Virus record (IMG/VR): IMGVR_UViG_3300040971_000031
Location: 1-31,514 of that record
Reading direction: 5' to 3' (one strand)
Source: a virus
Lineage: Duplodnaviria > Caudoviricetes
DNA length: 31,514 nucleotides
Made by a program: the position numbers and the translations under genes. The notes beneath the pieces were generated by a model. It did no database searches. It was given only the letters and a program-made list of their open reading frames with translations, and was not told the DNA's origin. This document shows, one piece after another, positions 16,893-23,979 of this stretch; position 1 is the first letter of the stretch, and each line of letters opens with the position of its first letter.

Positions 16893-17155
16893 GCACGCTC
16901 ACCAAGGGTTGCACGCTTATATCGTGGCTCGCTGGCCTGCTCAAAATAGTGCTCCCGGAAGAGGGATGTTGTAACGAGCACGATCTTTTTTACGACCAGG
17001 GCGGGTCGCTGCGAACAAAGTTTTTTGCGGATTGGCTCCTTGCCAAATGCGTCATAGCAATCAACGGCGGCTGGCAGGGGTGGGCAAAGGCCGGAGTCGG
17101 TCTGCTGGTGCTCAGTCTCAACCCGTACAGCTATTTCGTGTTTTTCCGGCGTTGA
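16889..17155 (+). CDS. phospholipase A2-like small protein (88 aa)
   Basis: GC...CCNEHDLFYDQGG...FADWLLAKCV matches the PLA2-type CCxxHDxxY motif with a downstream Asp; ATGA-coupled to the holin. Confidence 0.6.
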   Translation: MSTLTKGCTLISWLAGLLKIVLPEEGCCNEHDLFYDQGGSLRTKFFADWLLAKCVIAINGGWQGWAKAGVGLLVLSLNPYSYFVFFRR

Positions 17156-17160
17156 GAAAC

Positions 17161-17330
17161 GTCCAGCCCGTGACCCCGTGCGGAGGTGATCCAAATCTAT
17201 CATGTCGGTGACGTTACCGTAATGATCCTTGTATTACCGGGCACGGGGCTAATTTTCGGAAAATCTCCCCTTGCAGGAGAACTACCCGACGCCCGGGGCG
17301 GCGAGCGTAAAGAAGCGGACCGCCCCAACT
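17161..17330 (+). ncRNA. putative structured non-coding element
   Basis: Stems 17174-17181/17241-17248, 17264-17280 and 17295-17301/17320-17326; contains GGAGGTGATCCA. Confidence 0.4.
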
Positions 17331-17342
17331 TAAAGGAGGCAC

Positions 17343-17480
17343 ATGCACCGACGCAGGAAGCGAATGCAACGAAAGCTCGGATACAACTCATGCAGGGTCG
17401 GCGCGATCATGTGTCAGGAAAAACGGAATTGTAAACGCAAGTACCGCCGGGGCGTGATCCGGCAAAGTGAGGCTGAATGA
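17343..17480 (+). CDS. small highly basic protein (45 aa)
   Basis: Strong RBS AAAGGAGG; MHRRRKRMQRKLGYNSC...; stop overlaps the next ATG. Confidence 0.55.
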   Translation: MHRRRKRMQRKLGYNSCRVGAIMCQEKRNCKRKYRRGVIRQSEAE

Positions 17481-17809
17481 GTATCGCGGATGACGTCAGA
17501 AACATGATTGTCCAGACTGGAACGCTGGTCACCTGGTCAACGCAGGCCGAGCCGTGGAACGCGGTCGCTGATGTCCCCGTGCTCATCACCGACCAGCCCG
17601 AGGGCAAGACAGACGTGTCCGGTCGCAACCAGCGCGTGGTCCAGATCCGGGTCAGCAAGCAGGACGTCCCGGCGATCACATACCGCGACACGATCACGGA
17701 GGCCGACGGCACGGTGTGGACCGTGATCGACGTCAACCGGCTGATCAACGACCGCACCGCCGGAACGTGGCGGGTGATCTGCGAGACAGGCGTGAGGGGC
17801 AAGAAGTGA
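17477..17809 (+). CDS. head-tail joining protein (gpFII-like)
   Basis: Size, position and 'DVPAITYRDTITEADGTVWTV' beta-barrel pattern. Confidence 0.65.
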   Translation: MSIADDVRNMIVQTGTLVTWSTQAEPWNAVADVPVLITDQPEGKTDVSGRNQRVVQIRVSKQDVPAITYRDTITEADGTVWTVIDVNRLINDRTAGTWRVICETGVRGKK

Positions 17810-18531
17810 GCGAGTTTACGCCGGATAGCTACGTCACCACAAGCAAGTTGGTTGAGCGCCAAGTCAACGGCGAGTTCACAATGGTGGTCAAAAAACGTCG
17901 CAACCCCGTCTATTTCGACAAAGCTTTCGGCGTTCGCATGGACGTCCTTGACGGCGGCGGCGAGTACCTGCGGCACCTGGCCAAAAAGTTCCCGACCGAG
18001 TTCAACCGCGCCCTCAAGTCCATCGGATACCAGTTGCGCATCAAGATGCTGACTGCCCTGCGGCAAGGTGGCTCAAGGTCTGCAAAGTGGGATTCAATGT
18101 CTGGGGTGAAGGAGCAGCAGGACGCCAGCATTAAGGGCGGGGAGCGCCTGCGGAAGACACGCGCCCGCTCTTTTTACGGCCAACTCGGAAGAGCTGGAGG
18201 CCAGGCCGGGAAGTCTCCAATTGCTTACGTGGTCAGCAAGGCGGACTCGACGGTCAAGGTAGGGTGGATGTCCTTCCAGTCTCGCAAGCTCGCTGCCCAG
18301 CTGCAGGAGGGCTACGACATCCCGGTCACGACCAAGATGCGAAAACATTTCTTTGCTTCAGGGCTCGGTCTCGACAAGACGACCATCAATGTCCCGGGTC
18401 GCCCGCTCGTCAAGCCCGTATGGGATGATGATGGGAAGGACTTGCTCCGCAAGTTCGAACTACGCATCCACGCCTACGTCCGCGGCTTCTCTGGCAAGAA
18501 CGCAACAGCATACGTGAGGGACAATCTGTGA
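17806..18531 (+). CDS. tail completion / virion morphogenesis protein (gpZ-like)
   Basis: Basic protein with VKVGW...QEG...VPGRPLVKP motif; position; GTG start overlapping the previous stop. Confidence 0.65.
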   Translation: MSEFTPDSYVTTSKLVERQVNGEFTMVVKKRRNPVYFDKAFGVRMDVLDGGGEYLRHLAKKFPTEFNRALKSIGYQLRIKMLTALRQGGSRSAKWDSMSGVKEQQDASIKGGERLRKTRARSFYGQLGRAGGQAGKSPIAYVVSKADSTVKVGWMSFQSRKLAAQLQEGYDIPVTTKMRKHFFASGLGLDKTTINVPGRPLVKPVWDDDGKDLLRKFELRIHAYVRGFSGKNATAYVRDNL

Positions 18532-18995
18532 TTACAAACTCGGATCTGGCGAACAAGTTCAGCGACCACCTTTTGGCAGACGCCACGCTGACGGCAGCAT
18601 GGGTTGCAGACACAGGCGAAGAGCCAACCGTCATCATCGGCGAAGACACGCGTAACATGCCCGGCGCAGATGACGCCCCTTGCATCGTCATCGTCCCCGG
18701 GACGAACCGTGGCGGACAGGAATCGTCCGAGTATGTGTATTCGGTGTCGGTGGACTGGCTGATCTCGGACGATTCCGTCACCGAGTCCGGGCGCTCGAAA
18801 AAATACAACGGGCTGCTCAAGTCGGACAGGCTTGGCGAGGCAATATGGACAAGTCTGTGCGGAGCATCGTCAATCATAGCACTGACAGACAGGACTTTCG
18901 CGGTCGCTGCGCTGGAGCAGTTCCCGCTGTTTTTAGGGATGATGGACATCACAATCAACGTGCCCCAGCTCATCGGGGCGGAAATAACCCTCTAG
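18528..18995 (+). CDS. tail terminator-like protein (gpU-like)
   Basis: Acidic 155-aa protein just upstream of the tail tube gene. Confidence 0.6.
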   Translation: MITNSDLANKFSDHLLADATLTAAWVADTGEEPTVIIGEDTRNMPGADDAPCIVIVPGTNRGGQESSEYVYSVSVDWLISDDSVTESGRSKKYNGLLKSDRLGEAIWTSLCGASSIIALTDRTFAVAALEQFPLFLGMMDITINVPQLIGAEITL

Positions 18996-19005
18996 GAGGT
19001 GCCCC

Positions 19006-19959
19006 ATGGCACAAGCACGCGGCTACAAGAGTCAGCTTTTCATCGATTTTGAAACGACGTTTGGGCAGGACCCGGCGTCACCAAATGGCTTGCTCGTCCC
19101 GATCAATTCGTGGGACGTCAAGGCGGATCAGAGTCTTACGACCCCGCAGACAATTACCGGCAACCGCAACCCCGTGGAGCCGATTCGCGGGAACCTTTCC
19201 GTTGGTGGCAACGCCGTTGTCCCCCTGGATTACATCGCAATGGGCTGGTGGCTGCGGGCCATATTCGGCGCTCCGACCACCACCGGTGCCGGGCCGTACG
19301 TGCATACGTTTAAGCCCGGCGACACACAGCCGTCCATGGTCGCGGTCAAGAAAGAGGTGGTCGGAGCTACGAGTTATTACACCAAGCAGAACGGCATCAA
19401 GGTTTCGACCCTGGGTATCGAGATCGGCGGCGACGGCGAGCAGGTCGCCAGCCTCGGAATCGTCGGCGCGAACGAGGCGATGACCAATACGACCGCATAC
19501 GACGCAACGCCCGCGACGGTCGACTTCGCGCGGGCCCAGAAGCCGCACTGCAGCATCAAGGAAGGGGGCTCGACGATCGCTATCGTGACCCAGGGTAATC
19601 TGAACCTGAACTTTGGCCTGGACACCAGCCAGTACGTCATCGGCGGGGGCGGGATCTTGGGCGACATCCCCGAGGGAATCCTGTCCGTCGAGGGAAGTTA
19701 TATCGCGTTGTTCTCGGATCTGACATTGGCCACCAAGGCCTATAACGGCACCGAGTCGAGCCTGGAAATCACCTGGTCGTTCGGCACGAATTCGCTCGTG
19801 CTGAACGTGCCCGAACTGCAGTACAAGCGCGCCGGAAGGCCGATCAGCGGCCCTGCAGGCGTCATGCAGCAGCTCGATTTCGCGGGCTATTTCGGGAACA
19901 ACGCCGACTCTGCTGCGATCAAGGCCGTGCTGACCAACAGCACTGCGAGCTACGCATAA
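19006..19959 (+). CDS. major tail tube protein
   Basis: MAQARG, ETTFGQDP, GPYVHTF, PISGPAGV motifs of siphophage tube proteins; RBS AGGAGG. Confidence 0.85.
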   Translation: MAQARGYKSQLFIDFETTFGQDPASPNGLLVPINSWDVKADQSLTTPQTITGNRNPVEPIRGNLSVGGNAVVPLDYIAMGWWLRAIFGAPTTTGAGPYVHTFKPGDTQPSMVAVKKEVVGATSYYTKQNGIKVSTLGIEIGGDGEQVASLGIVGANEAMTNTTAYDATPATVDFARAQKPHCSIKEGGSTIAIVTQGNLNLNFGLDTSQYVIGGGGILGDIPEGILSVEGSYIALFSDLTLATKAYNGTESSLEITWSFGTNSLVLNVPELQYKRAGRPISGPAGVMQQLDFAGYFGNNADSAAIKAVLTNSTASYA

Positions 19960-20037
19960 CCATCACCCTCGGGCGGTGGCGGATGCGGTGGCGGTAGTCG
20001 CTCCCCGTCCCATCGTCCGGATCATAGGAGCGACACC

Positions 20038-20337
20038 ATGTTTGAAATCACACTGCCCGAAAGCGGCAAGGCGCATCCGCTCAAATCGTTGACCAGGACG
20101 CAGGTCAAAGAGGTCCAGGCACTGACTGTCCCGCTCATGTCCGGGGATCTGTCCGCGACCGAGTACCAGGACAAGGTCATAGGCATGGCCTACCCCGAGC
20201 TGACGCCTGAAGTCCTGGACACTTGGGCCGGAGCTGACGCAGCGCACCTTGCGCGAGTAACCGCGGACTACTCCATCCTTGGCCCGGCATCCGTAAAAAA
20301 CTCCTTGAGGTCTGGCGATGGCACGGCGACGGCCTGA
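20038..20337 (+). CDS. tail assembly chaperone (gpG-like)
   Basis: Between tube and tape measure genes; slippery A AAA AAC near the 3' end. Confidence 0.75.
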   Translation: MFEITLPESGKAHPLKSLTRTQVKEVQALTVPLMSGDLSATEYQDKVIGMAYPELTPEVLDTWAGADAAHLARVTADYSILGPASVKNSLRSGDGTATA

Positions 20338-20624
20338 CCTATTGCCAGGCCTGTATCAAGGCCGCGAAACAGTCCGGCAAGGCGCTGGATTGCGGTGCGT
20401 GCGAAGCGCGGTGCCCAGAGCTTGCCCCGGACAACGAGCCAGCTTGGAGCCTCTGGGCGACGATCCAGACGCAATGGCGAGTCGGCATGTCCGGCCCGGT
20501 CGGACTGGACTACCCTGCCGTGTGGCTGGTGGCAGAAGCCATGGGCGTCGAGATGCACGCCGCTAATTTGGGCAGGACCAGGGTGCTTGAACGCGAGGCC
20601 CTTGAACACATGAGGAAAGCATGA
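20295..20624 (+). CDS. tail assembly chaperone gpT-like (DUF1799-like), made by -1 frameshift
   Basis: The -1 frame reads KLLEVWRWHGD...TQWRVGMSGPVGLDY...HMRKA*; no proper start of its own; stop overlaps the tape measure ATG. Confidence 0.8.
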   Translation, partial: KKLLEVWRWHGDGLTYCQACIKAAKQSGKALDCGACEARCPELAPDNEPAWSLWATIQTQWRVGMSGPVGLDYPAVWLVAEAMGVEMHAANLGRTRVLEREALEHMRKA

Positions 20625-22699
20625 GCACTGCAACGACCCAGATCATTATCAGCGGCAAGGACCAGCTTTCAAGCGTCGTGGCTGATGCTGGACGGCGGAT
20701 GGGCACGGAAATGGAGGGCATGCGCAGGCAGGTCCTGACTGTGAACACGGCCCTTGCCGGTTTTGCCGGGTATTTTACCGGAGGGGCTCTGGCCGCTGGA
20801 GGGTCAGAGCTTTTGAGGGTCGCTGCCAGCTTCGAAAAAATGGAGGTCTCGCTTCAGACGATTACCGGGTCGGCTGCGGCAGCAGAGCAGGCGATGTCGT
20901 GGATTACAGACTTCACAGCTACGACGCCGTTTCAGCTTGAAGAGGTCGCAAATGGTTTCAGAAAGCTGACGGCGTACGGGATGGACGCCGTCGAGGTCAT
21001 GCCTTTGCTCGGCGATACCGCAGCGGCGATGGGGAAGTCTCTCGACCAGGCGGTAGAGATGTTCGCGGACGCCGCGACCGGTGAGTTTGAACGACTAAAA
21101 GAGTTTGGCGTCCGGGCAAAGCAGGAAGGCGACAAGGTTACGTTCTCCTGGCAGGAAAACGGACAGCAAATGGTTGCCACTTCGGCAAAGACACAAGAGG
21201 GCATCACCAATGCCCTCGGCGGTGTTTTCGACAGGTTCGAGGGCAGCATGATTGCCCAGTCGAAGACGTGGGAGGGCATGACTTCAAACATGGCCGACCA
21301 ATGGACGCTCTGGAAAAAGGAAGTGATGGACAGCGGCCCATTTGAATTCCTCAAAGAGTCAATGTCCGATTTTACAGAGACCTTCCAGACCGAAACCGGA
21401 AAAATGCAGCTCAAAGAATGGGCTCACGGAACGTCTGAAGCCATTCTATCCACGTTTGAAACCGCATCCTATGCGGTAGAGGCCCTCGCCTTCCCCATAA
21501 ATGGAATAAAGGGTGCATTCAACGCCCTCAAGTTGGGGATTGTCGAAATAGAAGAGCTGGCGCTCGATATGTACATGGGCCTCTATGACTTTCTGCCTAG
21601 CTCGGTAAGTCTGACAAGCAACCAGATCAGGGCGATGCGGGAAACCATCGCGCAGACCAGGGCTGAAGCGACCGCAGGCATGGACGCGGTTGGCGAAAAT
21701 ACAAAGTTCATCAACAACATGTTTATTGAGCTTCGGAAAAACATAGACAAGGCCAGGACAGAAAGCGCCAAGGTTACTCCAGGTGCGGCCAGTAAGGTTT
21801 TCGGCGATCCGACTTCCCCGTCGTCTGGAGGGACATCTTCGTCTGGCGCGGCAAAAGAATCAAAGGCCCGCGAAAAGGCCTATGAAAAAATGATCACGGA
21901 CGGCAAGAAGGCCGCCGAGACTCTCGACAAGTACTGGGACGATTACGAGTCGAGACGAGTTTCCGCCATTGTGGACGGCACAGCCGCGAGAGTGTCCGCC
22001 GTTGCCGTCGAGCGCGATGCCATAGACGAGCTGACAACATGGGGCGCATATTCCGCCCAGGCCATGGAAGACACGGTATCGACCGCGTTCCAAGGCATGG
22101 GTGACGCCATTGTCGATTTCGCCATGACCGGGAAGATGGAGTTCTCCGACTTCGCTGACTCGATAATCCGGGACATGATGCGCATCGTCGTGCAGCAGCA
22201 GATCGTCGGGCCACTGGCTTCAGGCGCTGGTGACTTCTTGTCTGGCCTGTTCTCGGGGCCTTCGTCCGCAGCAGGAACCGCTGGCGTAGCCGGGACCCTG
22301 TCCAGCTTGATGTCCCGCAGCGCCAAGGGCAACGTCTTCTCTGGTCCTGGCATCTCCGCCTTTTCCAACTCCATCGTGACGCAGCCCACGCAGTTCTGGG
22401 CCAAGGGCGGGCACCTCATGGGCGAGGCTGGCCCGGAGGCAATCATGCCCTTGAAGCGCGGCCCTGACGGCGTCCTGGGCGTCTCCGGTGGTGGTGGGAA
22501 CTTTGTCGTCAACATCATCGAATCACCCGGCAACGGTGGCAAGACGCAGTCCCGGCAGGAAAACGGGGTTAACATCCTTGATGTCATGGTCGAGCAGATC
22601 AAATCGTCCATCGCCTCCGACATCAACCGGGGCTCCGGCGTCGTGCCGCAGGCAATCACCAAATCTTACGGGCTCAGTCGCGCCCCAGGAGCATACTGA
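20621..22699 (+). CDS. tape measure protein
   Basis: FTATTPFQLEEV, GEFERLKEFG, C-terminal AKGNVF...MGEAGPEAIMPL; 692 aa. Confidence 0.95.
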   Translation: MSTATTQIIISGKDQLSSVVADAGRRMGTEMEGMRRQVLTVNTALAGFAGYFTGGALAAGGSELLRVAASFEKMEVSLQTITGSAAAAEQAMSWITDFTATTPFQLEEVANGFRKLTAYGMDAVEVMPLLGDTAAAMGKSLDQAVEMFADAATGEFERLKEFGVRAKQEGDKVTFSWQENGQQMVATSAKTQEGITNALGGVFDRFEGSMIAQSKTWEGMTSNMADQWTLWKKEVMDSGPFEFLKESMSDFTETFQTETGKMQLKEWAHGTSEAILSTFETASYAVEALAFPINGIKGAFNALKLGIVEIEELALDMYMGLYDFLPSSVSLTSNQIRAMRETIAQTRAEATAGMDAVGENTKFINNMFIELRKNIDKARTESAKVTPGAASKVFGDPTSPSSGGTSSSGAAKESKAREKAYEKMITDGKKAAETLDKYWDDYESRRVSAIVDGTAARVSAVAVERDAIDELTTWGAYSAQAMEDTVSTAFQGMGDAIVDFAMTGKMEFSDFADSIIRDMMRIVVQQQIVGPLASGAGDFLSGLFSGPSSAAGTAGVAGTLSSLMSRSAKGNVFSGPGISAFSNSIVTQPTQFWAKGGHLMGEAGPEAIMPLKRGPDGVLGVSGGGGNFVVNIIESPGNGGKTQSRQENGVNILDVMVEQIKSSIASDINRGSGVVPQAITKSYGLSRAPGAY

Positions 22700-23064
22700 T
22701 GGCAACATGGCCCGCATCACTCCCCTCCCCGCTCGTTGACGGCTACGGCATCGAGCCGGTTGACCAGGCTGTCGCAACCGACATGGAGGTCGGCACGCAG
22801 CGCGTCAGGCGTAGATCCTTCGCACAGGTGGACACGGTGCGCTTTGCGGTCAACCTGTCGGACGCTCAAATGGCTACGTTCCGGACGTGGCTCTACAATC
22901 CAGGCGAGGCCGACGGTGGGGCCGGGTGGTTCGACATTTCGTTGTGGGTCGGCAAGGGCGTGGCAACAGCGGTTGAGGCCAGGTTCAAAGGGACGCCCAA
23001 ATGGGACATGACCGGCAATCACAGGTGGCTTGTTACCGGCCAGCTTGAGGTGCGCTATGCCTGA
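22699..23064 (+). CDS. distal tail protein (gpM-like)
   Basis: MATWPASLP, TDMEVG..RVRRR, GAGWF; follows the tape measure gene. Confidence 0.75.
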   Translation: MATWPASLPSPLVDGYGIEPVDQAVATDMEVGTQRVRRRSFAQVDTVRFAVNLSDAQMATFRTWLYNPGEADGGAGWFDISLWVGKGVATAVEARFKGTPKWDMTGNHRWLVTGQLEVRYA

Positions 23065-23581
23065 TGCAACGCTCTCCGAAGCGCTCAAAGAAGCATACGC
23101 CAGCGCCCCGCGTGGCATCGTCGTATATCACACGCTCGAAATCCGGCATCCCTCATTCACGACTCCAATCCGGATCGTGCGGGACCGTGCCGACCTGACC
23201 GCGTTTCTTGAAGCGGACGCACCGGAAGACCCTGGCGCAGAGGTCACGTTTGTTGGCTACGCCTTCGACTTCCTCAAGCCGGAGATTTCGTCCACGGGCG
23301 TGCCACAGATGACGATCACTATCGACAACGTGTCCCGGCTTATCACGGCGGCAATCGAGAATGCCACGGCGACCACGGACGTGATCGAAAGCACGTACCG
23401 CGAGTATCTAAGCAACGACCTGACGGGTCCGCAGAATGATCCGCCAATTCACATGGAGATCATGACCGTGTCCTGCACAGTGTTCCAGATTAGCGCCGTG
23501 GCAGGGTTCCCCGACCTCATCAACCGTAAGTTTCCGACTCTTGAATACACCGCCGAAGAATTTCCGGGGCTGGTGTCATGA
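23057..23581 (+). CDS. tail tip protein (DUF1833 / gpL-equivalent)
   Basis: HTLEIRHP, ITIDNV, YREYLSNDL, FPGL. Confidence 0.8.
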   Translation: MPDATLSEALKEAYASAPRGIVVYHTLEIRHPSFTTPIRIVRDRADLTAFLEADAPEDPGAEVTFVGYAFDFLKPEISSTGVPQMTITIDNVSRLITAAIENATATTDVIESTYREYLSNDLTGPQNDPPIHMEIMTVSCTVFQISAVAGFPDLINRKFPTLEYTAEEFPGLVS

Positions 23582-23979
23582 GCGAGTTTGCCCAGTATAT
23601 CGACATCCCCTACGAACGAGGGGCACAGGGTCCAGACCGTTACGACTGCGCAGGGTTGGTTCGTCAGATCCAACAGGCCCACTTCGGCATCCCCATGCCA
23701 GAGGTCATCGCCCCGGATTATGATGACGGCATGGAGATGGTCGGGCTCATCCGCACGCAGGCCGAGGCCCAAGGGTGGCAACTCGTCAACGGCGCTCCGA
23801 AGCATGGCGACATCGTTGTCATCCGCAGGCCGTACCACGTGGGAGTATGGCTTGATATCGACGGCGGAGGAGTGCTGCACGCGATCACCGGGGCCTGTGT
23901 AATCTGGACGCCTGATGCATCGTGGCGGACTTCCGGATTTGGCAGGCGTGAATACTTGAGACACAGGAGCCGCATTTGA
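23578..23979 (+). CDS. NlpC/P60 tail assembly protein (gpK-like)
   Basis: YDCAGLV and HVGV catalytic motifs. Confidence 0.88.
   Translation: MSEFAQYIDIPYERGAQGPDRYDCAGLVRQIQQAHFGIPMPEVIAPDYDDGMEMVGLIRTQAEAQGWQLVNGAPKHGDIVVIRRPYHVGVWLDIDGGGVLHAITGACVIWTPDASWRTSGFGRREYLRHRSRI

Noticed and set aside
19970-20020. Imperfect GC hairpin between tail tube and chaperone genes
   Set aside because: Ordinary intergenic structure after a highly expressed gene; no U-tract and no further evidence
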